Made by a program: the position numbers and the translations under genes. A DNA stretch of 64,000 bases from assembly GCA_002269645.1 (NCBI GenBank), contig NIVC01001976.1:1-64000 (forward strand). Reading direction: 5' to 3'. Source of the DNA: Macrostomum lignano (Eukaryota). A model generated the notes under the pieces. It saw nothing but the letters and a program-made list of their open reading frames with translations. It was not told the origin of the DNA and ran no database searches. The first letter of the stretch is position 1. Each line of letters starts with the position of its first letter. Below, one piece after another: positions 54,610 to 64,000 of the stretch.

Positions 54610-54673
<64 letters not shown>
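54236..54673. repeat. (CT)n microsatellite
   Basis: Direct reading. Confidence 0.98.
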
Positions 54674-54677
<4 letters not shown>

Positions 54678-55070
54678 CCGGGTGGGGAGCGGGTTCTGCG
54701 TAAAAAAGTTCAGTCTGAAAATCGCCGAATTCTAGGTGAGAGAAATCTGCTTATTGGCTCGGGGTTTTTTCTTGGCTCCGAATTCTGTCTTTCAGCTTCG
54801 GATCCGCTTATAGAAATTTCAGACTTTTCCCCTCTCTGCCCTGGGAGGAAGGGACTTCAAGAGGTAGTAAAGAATTTGTACTTTAAGCTGCCGGATAGTT
54901 ATAATCGAATATCTGTTTGATATAACTTGATATCCTCTGCGGAGGTCCTGTGACCCCAGTCAGCCTCAGGTTTGCATAGGTTGTATGCGGGTCTTCTATG
55001 ACTTTCTGTTGTTCCTTGGGGGGGGGTAAAATGACCGGTCTCTATTTTGCTACAGGGAAGACAATACTGG

Positions 55071-55745
55071 GGAGGTCAAGTGACCCCTCTTCTAATGAAT
55101 ATGCTGCAGGAATTCAGTGGAGGTCAAGTGACCCCTCTTCTAGTAAACATGCTACAGGAACACGGGAGGTCAAGCGACCCCTCTTCTAGTAAACATGTTA
55201 CAGGAACACGGGAGGTCAAGCGACCCCTCTTCTAGTAAACATGTTACAGGAACGCAGTGGAGGTCAAGCGACCCCTCTTCTAGTAAACATGCTACAGGAA
55301 CACAGGAGGTCAAGCGACCCCTCCTCTAGTAAACATGTTACAGGAACACGGGAGGTCAAGCGACCCCTCTTCTAGTAAACATGTTACAGGAACGCAGTGG
55401 AGGTCAAGCGACCCCTCTTCTAGTAAACATGTTACAGGAACACGGGAGGTCAAGCGACCCCTCTTCTAGTAAACATGTTACAGGAACGCAGTGGAAGTCA
55501 AGCGACCCCTCTTCTAGTAAACATGTTACAGGAACGCAGTGGAGGTCAAGCGACCCCTCTTCTAGTAAACATGTTACAGGAACGCAGTGGAGGTCAAGCG
55601 ACCCCTCTTCTAGTAAACATGTTACAGGAACGCAGTGGAGGTCAAGCGACCCCTCTTCTAGTAAACATGTTACAGGAACGCAGTGGAGGTCAAGCGACCC
55701 CTCTTCTAGTAAACATGTTACAGGAACACAGTGGAGGTCAAGTGA
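55071..55745. repeat. 48-bp (46-bp variant) minisatellite ending ~40 nt before the REC exon acceptor
   Basis: GTGGAGGTCAAGCGACCCCTCTTCTAGTAAACATGTTACAGGAACGCA units. Confidence 0.95.
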
Positions 55746-55784
55746 CAACTCATCATTTTCGTAACTTCAACCGCACTCTCCCAG

Positions 55785-56035
55785 GTCCTCCTGGTGTTCC
55801 CTCGCGAGGACTCCCTCAGCCTCTGCTTCGTGAAGGCGGCGGAGAAACTGGCCCTGCCGTGCGACTCTGCCTTCAGCCCGGAGACTGCCATGGAGATGTA
55901 CATCTCCGGCCAGCACGACGCCGTAATCATCGATCGTCGGGGTCTGCCGGGCCTGGACTCCGACTCGCTGATCAAATCGTTCCGCTCTGTCACCCACGCA
56001 GCAGCCAGCACCTTCACCGCCGTCACAAAGACTGG
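55785..56035 (+). CDS. PDE8: PDE8-like, REC (receiver-like) domain exon
   Basis: cccag|VLLVFPREDSLSLCFVKAAEKLALPC...GQHDAVIIDRRGLPGLDSDSLIKSFRS...TAVTKTG|gtgag parallels PDE8A VLLVFTKED...HHDIIIIDHR...LDAEALCRSIRS. Phase-2 donor. Confidence 0.9.
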
Positions 56036-56131
56036 GTGAGGAGAGATGAGAGTCACTGCTAAGTCTTTGTTATTATTGCATGCCTTAATAAAATTGATTT
56101 ACTTTTGTTATAAATGAACAACTGGTTTCAG

Positions 56132-56183
56132 GTCGAAAAACTATGCAAACTTGGCCACGCTGCTGCAGCTGGGATACGATAAG
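56132..56183 (+). CDS. PDE8: PDE8-like, 52-nt exon (end of REC; SKNYANLATLLQLGYDK)
   Basis: tttcag| acceptor completes the phase-2 codon; GT donor at 56184. Parallels PDE8A ...PFISAGFTR. Confidence 0.85.
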
Positions 56184-56274
56184 GTTTGTGGCCTCTGGGC
56201 TGTACCTGTGTTTCACCTGCGTGTTTGTTGCTCTGGTTATTGTCCGTTCTGCTGCCGTATTCCCTCTCTTCCTC

Positions 56275-57945
56275 TGTCTCCCTCCATCTCCCTATTCATA
56301 ATCATCTCCATCTCCCTCTCCCTCCCCATTTCCATCTCCATCTCCCTCTCCATCTTCATCTCCCTCTCCATCTCCCTCTTTATCTCCCTCTCCATCTCCC
56401 TCTTCAGCTCCCTTTCCATCTCCTTCTCCCTCTCCCTCTCCATCTCCCCCCTCTATCTCCCTCTTCATCTCCCTCTCCATCTCCCTCTTCATCTCCCTCT
56501 TCATCTCCCTCTTCTTCATCTCCCTCTCATCTCCCTCTCCATCTCCCTCTCCATCTCCCTCTCCATCTCCCTCTCTCCATCTCCCTCTCCATCTCCCTCT
56601 CCATCTCCCTCTTCATCTCCCTCTTCTTCCCCCTTTCCCTCTCCATCTCCCTCTCCATCTCCTTCTCCATCTCTATCTCCCTCCCTCTCTATCTCCCTCT
56701 CCATCTCCCTCTTCATCTCCCTCTTCTTCTCCCTTTCCCTCTCCATCTCCCTCTCCATCTCCCTCTCCATCTCCCTCTCCATCTCCCTCTCCATCTCCAT
56801 CTCCATCTCCCTTTTCATCTCCATCTTCATCTCCCTCTCCATCTCCGTCTTCATCTCCCTCTTCATCTCCCTCTCCATCTCCCTCTCCATCTCCCTTTCC
56901 ATCTCCATCTCCCCTTCCATCTCCATCTCCCTCTCCATCTTCCTCTCCATCTCCATCTCCCTCTCCATCTCCCTCTCCATCTCCATCTCCATCTCCCTCT
57001 TCATCTCCATCTCCATCTCCCTCTTCATCTCCATCTCCCTTTCCATCTCCATCTCTCTCTCCATCTCCCTCTCCATCTCCATCTCCCTCTCCATCTCCCT
57101 CTCCATCTCCATCTCCATCTCCCTTTTCATCTCCATCTTCATCTCCCTCTCCATCTCCGTCTTCATCTCCCTCTTCATCTCCCTCTCCATCTCCCTCTCC
57201 ATCTCCCTTTCCATCTCCATCTCCCCTTCCATCTCCATCTCCCTCTCCATCTTCCTCTCCATCTCCATCTCCCTCTCCATCTCTCTCTCCATCTCCATCT
57301 CCATCTCCCTCTTCATCTCCATCTCCATTTCCCTCTTCATCTCCATCTCCCTTTCCATCTCCATCTCTCTCTCCATCTCCCTCTCCATCTCCATCTCCCT
57401 CTCCATCTCCCTCTCCATCTCCCTCTTTATCTCCCTCTTCTTCTCCCTTTCCCTCTCCATCTCCCTCTCCATCTCTATCTCCCTCCCTCTCTATCTCCCT
57501 CTTCATCTCCCTCTCCATCTCCCTCTCTATCTCCCTCTCCATCTCCCTCTCCATCTCCCTCTTTATCTCCCTCTTCTTCTCCCTTTCCCTCTCCATCTCC
57601 CTCTCCATCTCCATCTCTATCTCCCTCTCCATCTCCCTTTCCCTCTCCATCTTCATCTCCCTTTCCATCTCCATCTCCGTCTCCCTTTCCATCTCCATCT
57701 CCATCTCCATCTCCATCTCCCTTTCCATCTCCATCTCCATCTCCCTCTCCATCTCCGTCTTCATCTCCCTCTCCTTCCCCATCTCCATCTCCATCTCTTT
57801 CGATATCTTCCTCTCCATCTCCCTCTCTATCTCCCTCTCCATCTCCCTCTCCATCTCCCTCTTCATCTCCGTCTTCATCTCCCTCTCCTTCCCCATCTCC
57901 ATCTCCATCTCTTTCGATATCTTCCTCTCCATCTCTCCCACTGTC
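56275..57945. repeat. Pyrimidine-rich hexamer repeat (CCATCT/CCCTCT)
   Basis: Direct reading. Confidence 0.95.
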
Positions 57946-58369
57946 CATCACCCATGCCTCTATCTACATTTTATAATTTTTTAATCTTACCTTTGTTGTA
58001 GTTGCGGTTCTTATAGCAAGTGGATATTAAATCTAGTAACAAACTGATTGAGACAGCTTGATTTTCATCCTAGGCTGTGCTATTTAATTTCAGCTACAAT
58101 TAGTGTATCTCTCAACGCCAGCTTCTTTGAGCACAGCGTTGATAGGGCAGCCCGTATTAGTAAGAGGATACGGTCGGGTTCGAAAGCAAAATTTAATATC
58201 AACTGTGACCTCGTTTCCTTGGCCAGTGGAGGCGGGGTAGCTACTCAATCTAGGAGGAGTCTGTTTATTATAAAGCGCTAATGCAAAGGTCAACAATTTT
58301 TTTATCTCAAGTCGCATAGAGTCCAGCTCAGGGCTGCGGGTCTGATGAGAGTGGAACGGAGAGGGAATA

Positions 58370-60000
58370 GAAGATGGAAGATATGAGAAGAGAAGAGGGG
58401 TGAGAGATAAGATGAGTGACGAGAAGATAATAGGAGGGAAGAGCGGATAAAGAAGGAGGAGAGGGGATAGAGGAAAGGGTAGCGAGAAGTGAGAAGGGGG
58501 AGAGAAGACAGGAGAGAGGAGAGAGAAAAGAGGAGAGGGAAGAGAGGAGAGAGAAGAGAAAAGAGAGGAGAGAAAAAGAGGAGAGGGAAGAGAGGAGAGA
58601 GAAGAGAGGAGAGAGAAGAGAGAAGACAGGAGAGAGAAGAGAGAAGACAGGAGAGAGAAGAGATGAGAGAGAAGAGAGGAGAGAGAAGAGAGAAGACAGG
58701 AGAGAGAAGAGAGGAGAGAGGAGAGAGAAGAGAGGAGAGAGAAGAGAGAAGAGAGGAGAGAGAAGAGAGGAGAGAGAAGAGAGAAGAGAGGAGAGAGAAG
58801 AGAGAAGACAGGAGAGAGAGGAGAGGAGAGAGAAGAGAGAAGACAGGAGAGAGAAGAGAGGAGAGAGAAGAGAGAAGAGAGGAGAGAGAAGAGAGGAGAG
58901 AGGAGAGAGAAGAGAGGAGAGAGAAGAGAGGAGAGAGGAGAGAGGAGAGAGAAGAGAGGAGAGAGGAGAGAGAAGAGAGGAGAGAGGAGAGAGAAGACAG
59001 GAGAAAGGAGAGAGGAGAGAGAAGAGAGGAGAGAGAAGACAGGAGAAAGGAGAGAGAAGAGAGAAGAGAGGAGAGAGAAGACAGGAGAAAGGAGAGAGGA
59101 GAGAGAAGAGAGGAGAGAGAAGACAGGAGAAAGGAGAGAGAAGAGAGAAGAGAGGAGAGAGAAGACAGGAGAAAGGAGAGAGAAGAGAGAAGAGAGAAGA
59201 GAGGAGAGAGGAGAAAGGAGAGAGAAGAGAGAAGAGAGGAGAGAGAAGAGAGGAGAGAGAAGAGAGGAGAGAGAAGAGAGAAGAGAGGAGAGAGGAGAGA
59301 GAAGAGAAAATAGAGGAGAGAGAAGACAGGAGAGAGGAGAGAGAAGAGAGGAGAGAGGAGAGAGAAGAGAGAAGAGAGAAGAGAGGAGAGAGAAGAGAGG
59401 AGAGAGAAGAGAGGAGAGAGGAGAGAGGAGAGAGAAGAGAGGAGAGAGAAGAGAGGAGAGAGGAGAGAGAAGAGAGAAGAGAGGAGAGAGAAGAGAGAAG
59501 AGAGGAGAGAGAAGAGAGAAGAGAGGAGAGAGGAGAGAGGAGAGAGAAGACAGGAGAGAGAAGAGAGAAGAGAGGAGAAAGGAGAGAGGAGAGAGAAGAG
59601 AGGAGAGAGAAGAGAGGAGAGAGAAGAGAGAAGAGAGGAGAGAGAAGAGAGAAGACAGGAGAGAGGAGAGAGAAGAGAGGAGAGAGAAGACAGGAGAGAG
59701 TAGAGAGAAGAGAGGAGAGAGAAGAAAGAAGAGAGGAGAGAGAAGAGAGAAGACAGGAGAGAGGAGAGAGGAGAGAGGAGAGAGAAGACAGGAGAGAGAA
59801 GAGAGAAGAGAGGAGAGAGAAGAGAGGAGAGAGAAGAGAGAAGAGAGGAGAGAGAAGAGAGAAGACAGGAGAGAGGAGAGAGGAGAGAGGAGAGAGAAGA
59901 CAGGAGAGAGAAGAGAGAAGAGAGGAGAGAGGAGAGAGGAGAGAGGAGAGAGAAGACAGGATAGAGAAGAGAGAAGAGAGGAGAGAGAAGAGAGGAGAGA
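58370..60000. repeat. Purine-rich (GAGAA/GAGAG) low-complexity tract inside a dispersed repeat
   Basis: Direct reading; flanks are shared with 41225-41775. Confidence 0.92.
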
Positions 60001-60559
60001 GCTGAAAAAGCGGGCCGGATTGCTATTGTGAAGTTTCAAAAGGACCTGAGGGCCGCATAGAAAGGCTTCGCGGGCCCTACGATTCTTAGAAACAGAATTC
60101 CAAAGTGTGGGCGAACTGACAACCACTTGTCTCTGTCCTACATATTGTGCATTTTTACTCAAATTAGACAATTGATAAAAGTATTAGAATCATCCTAAAT
60201 AAAGAATGAATTACAGAATATATATAGCACTTAGAAACGAACTGGGTATCTAGGTTAACAAATTGCAGACCAAGCACGCTACGACACCAAACCTAGTTTT
60301 TGAACACAGCTAATTTCTCTAGCATAATCTGATTCAGTTCTATGCAAATAGGATTATACCAAATTTGCCTTACTAATAGTGTTACTATACGAACTTGATA
60401 CGAATAAGCAGGAGTCCTTGAAACGAAGTTTCTACTCTGCTGATGCTAATAGTGTTATCCCTAGAGTTAATAATCTAATTTCTGTCAGTGTTTTTTATCC
60501 CTCATTTAGCGAGAACGTCACGAGTCGGTCTTGAGGCCTTGCACAATTTGCTATAGTTC

Positions 60560-61440
60560 TTGACCAGGGGAGAGGAACTGTGAGACAGTGGGTGAGCGGG
60601 AGAGGTAGACAAGAAGTGAGATGTAGATGTAGACAAGAGGTGAAGAGAGGTAGACGATAGACAGAGTGAAAGGGGGAGAGAGAGTGGAGAGGTTAAGGTA
60701 AGTAGAGGTGAGCGGGAGAGTTAAACAGGGGTGAGATGTTGGGGTATATAGGGGTCAGATGTTGGGGTAGACATGGGTGAGATTTTGGGGTAGATAGGGG
60801 TGAAATGTTGGGGTAGATAGGGGTGGGATGTTGGGGTAGACAGGGGTGAGATTTTGGGGTAGATAGGGGTGAGATTTTGGGGTAGATAGGGGTGGGATGT
60901 TGGGGTAGACAGGGGTGAGATGTTGGGTAGACAGGGTGAGATTTTGGAGTAAACAGGGGTGAGAGGTTGGAGTAGAGAGAGGTGAGATGTTGGGGTAGAC
61001 AGGGGTGAAATGTTGGGGTAGACAGGGGTGAGATGTTGGGGTAGACAGGGGTGAGATGTTGGGGTAGACAGGGGTGAGATGTTGGGGTAGACAGGGGTGA
61101 AATTTTGGGGTAGACAGGGGTGAGATGTTGGAGTAGACAGGGGTGAAATGTTGGGGTAGATAGGATGAAAGGGAAAGGTAGATAGGGGTGAGGGAAAAGT
61201 AGACAGGGATGAGAGGGAAAAGTAGACAGGGGTGAGAGCGAAAGGTAGGCAGGGGTAAGAAGGAAAGGTAGGCAGGGGTGAGAGGGAAAGGTAGGCAAGG
61301 GTGAGAGGAAAATGTAGATAGGGGTGAGAGGGAAAGGTAGACAGGGGTGAGAGGGAAATGTAGACAGGGGTGAGAGGGAGAAGAGTTTGACAGGAGCGAG
61401 ATGGTGAGGTAGATAAGGGAGGGTGGAGAGGCAGTCAAAT
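60560..61440. repeat. ~23-bp G-rich minisatellite (GGGGTGAGATGTTGGGGTAGACA and variants)
   Basis: Direct reading. Confidence 0.9.
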
Positions 61441-61571
61441 AGATGCGCTGCCATGACGCTAATCAGCTTAACCATGCACTAATGCAAGCTCATTCTATCA
61501 GTTAATGGCCTCACATAAGCCAGCAATTGAAAGCCCACTGCTGACCTGCTTTCCATCCTAATCTGCTGCAG

Positions 61572-61739
61572 AAATTTCCGGAGAGCATCAGCATCGAAGC
61601 CTGCTGCGAGGAGCTGCTAGACACGCAGCACAATAATTTCCGTTGCCAACAGAAACTCACCGCCTTTGCCGCCTTGGCCACGGCGCTCACACACTGCTCA
61701 GACGCTGTGGAAATCACCAATGATAAGTTTCAGATTCAG
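61572..61739 (+). CDS. PDE8: PDE8-like exon: REC-PAS linker and start of the PAS domain
   Basis: ctgcag|KFPESISIEACCEELL...QQKLTAFAALATALTHCSDAVEITNDKFQIQ|gtgagg parallels PDE8 ACYNELLQLE...[31 protein letters not shown]. Phase 0/0. Confidence 0.9.
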
Positions 61740-61805
61740 GTGAGGGCTGGTACACAACTGACTCAATCGTTTTCGTTAGGGCTTTCATTTGGTTTCTGCT
61801 TTTAG

Positions 61806-62093
61806 GGTTTGTGATGAAGTCTAGGGTTTGTGATGTCTAGGGTTTGTGATGTCTAGGGTTTGTGATGTCTAGGGTTTGTGAGGTCTAGGGTTTGTGATGT
61901 CTAGGGTTTGTGATGTCTAGGGTTTGTGAGGTCTAGACTCTAGGGTTTGTGAGGTCTAGACTCTAGGGTTTGTGAGGTCTAGACTCTAGGGTTTGTGATG
62001 TCTAGGGTTTGTGAGGTCTAGACTCTAGGGTTTGTGATGTCTAGGGTTTGTGAGGTCTAGACTCTAGGGTTTGTGATGTCTAGGGTTTGTGAT
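61806..62093. repeat. 16/23-bp minisatellite (TCTAGGGTTTGTGATG)
   Basis: Direct reading. Confidence 0.92.
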
Positions 62094-62552
62094 TTAGTTT
62101 AATTTCGTTCAAGTACTCCATGTCCTTATTAACAAACTGGCTGTGCAACAGAGATCTAATGCAATTTGTGAGGAAAGCAGACTGTTTTTCATCCGGTATG
62201 TTCCTTCGAATTAGTGTGCGTGCGCCGGTTGCTCTGGGACTGGAACTGGGGGGGGGGTCACGCTTGCGTGAATTCGCCAGATTGAGCTTGAGATTGAGTA
62301 GAAAGTAGAAAACAGTGGAACCCTCCCTCCGTATCCTCCTCATTCTCATCTGTTTCTTTGCATCCCCAATCTGCCTCCCTTATGGAGCTTGATTAGCGGC
62401 CTTCTGTGCGTAAAACTTTTACTTAACACTGCTATGGTAGGGTCTGTGTAATTGAGTTTCACGTTTAGGTAGGGATTAGTAATCAGGGCTTAGTATGCAT
62501 AATATGTTTGTTGTATTAGACTTCGCTAGCAGTGTAGCCAGCTTTTCTCAGG

Positions 62553-63722
62553 GAGTGCCATTCCAGTTGAGAGAGTGCCATTTCAGTTGAGAGAGTGCCA
62601 TTTCAGTTGAGAGAGTGCCATTTTAGTTGAGAGAGTGCCATTTCAGTTGAGAGAGTGCCATTTCAGTTGAGAGAGTGCCATTTCATATGAGAGAGTGCCA
62701 TTCCAGTTGAGAGAGTGCCATTCCAGTTGAGAGAGTGCCATTTCAGTTGAGAGAGTGCCATTTCAGTTGAGAGAGTGCCATTTCAGTTGAGAGATTGCCA
62801 TTTCATCTGAGAGTGCCATTTCAGTTGAGAGAGTGCCATTCCAGTTAAGAGAGTGCCATTTCATATGAGAGAGTGCCATTTCAGTTGAGAGAGTGCCATT
62901 TTAGTTGAGAGAGTGCCATTTCAGTTGAGAGAATGCCATTTCAGTTGAGAGAGTGCCATTTCAGTTGAGAGAGTGCCATTTAGTTGAGAGAGTGCCATTT
63001 TAGTTGAGAGAGTGCCATTTCAGTTGAGAGAATGCCATTTCAGTTGAGAGAGTGCCATTTCATATGAGAGAGTGCCATTTCAGTTGAGAGAGTGCCATTT
63101 CAGTTGAGAGAGTGCCATTTCAGTTGAGAGAGTGCCATTTCAGTTGAGAGAGTGCCATTCCAGTTGAGAGAGTGCCATTTCAGTTGAGAGAGTGCCATTT
63201 CATCTGAGAGTGCCATTTCAGTTGATAGAGTGCCATTCCAGTTGAGAGAGTGCTATTTCAGTTGAGAGAGTGCCATTCCAGTTGAGAGAGTGCCATTTCA
63301 GTTGAGAGAGTGCCATTTCAGTTGAGAGAGTGCCATTTCAGTTGAGAGAGTGCCATTTCAGTTGAGAGAGTGCCATTTCAGTTGAGAGGGTGCCATTTCA
63401 GTTGAGAGAGTGCCATTCCAGTTGAGAGAGTGCCATTTCAGTTGAGAGAGTGCCATTTCAGTTGAGAGAGTGCCATTTCAGTTGAGAGAGTGCCATTTCA
63501 GTTGAGAGAGTGCCATTTCAGTTGAGAGAGTGCCATTTCAGTTGAAAGAGTGCCATTTCAGTTGAGAGAGTGCCATTTCAGTTGAGAGAGTGCCATTTCA
63601 GTTGAGAGTGCCATTCCAGTTGAGAGAGTGCCATTTCAGTTGAGAGAGTGCCATTCCAGTTGAGAGAGTGCCATTTCAGTTGAGAGAGTGCCATTCCAGT
63701 TGAGAGAGTGCCATTTAATTTG
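62553..63722. repeat. 20-bp minisatellite (GTGCCATTTCAGTTGAGAGA)
   Basis: Direct reading. Confidence 0.97.
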
Positions 63723-64000
63723 AGCTTTCATGAGTCAAAGATGCCAGAAACAAATTTACAACTGGAAAATATTTTTTTCTGGCTCATTTAAAAAAAACTA
63801 ATGTGCACTCAGTAATTAAGAAAATTATTCAGCAAAATCTCATTTTAAAAAATGGTGACGAGTGTAACGTTGTTTTTATATTTGTAATTATCTTCTGATT
63901 CACAGTGGCTGTGCCTTGTCCGTGATGTGAATGTCATCTGGCTGGCGAAAAATGTTCTCAATTTTTTGAGCAGAATTTCCTGGGCTATTACTTGGGCTTT

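Noticed and set aside
56151-60171. 600-700 aa low-complexity ORFs (SLSISL, EREM, LLSPL)
   Set aside because: Translations of pyrimidine and purine repeats in PDE8 introns; the 56151 ORF shares only its first 11 codons with a real exon.

Overview
AT-rich eukaryotic (metazoan) genomic DNA with GT-AG introns, GC-rich Ala/Gln-rich exons and a very high load of mini- and microsatellites. The style resembles a free-living flatworm such as Macrostomum, but that is inference only. Three genes can be reconstructed by hand, all on the + strand. (1) A two-exon Enhancer of Polycomb gene (4931-5083, 7877-9376). (2) A signal peptide + WSC + PAN/apple gene (13770-15491) broken by two +1 frameshifts, with a degenerate PAN-exon paralogue upstream. 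(3) The 5' part of a PDE8-family cAMP phosphodiesterase (two candidate first exons, a linker exon, REC exons and the start of PAS; 33147-61739), which continues past the window end. Other content includes a ~6.5 kb foldback-like inverted-repeat element with a nested MITE-like hairpin, a 6.7 kb compound satellite with higher-order structure, and a ~9.1/9.6 kb tandem duplication that truncates a PDE8 exon at its CAG run. There is also a tRNA-derived SINE whose 12-bp target-site duplication copies a splice donor, and more than 15 unrelated tandem-repeat blocks. Nearly all long ORFs in the supplied track are artefacts of these repeats. I found no CRISPR array, rRNA, intact transposase or clearly novel enzymatic system.
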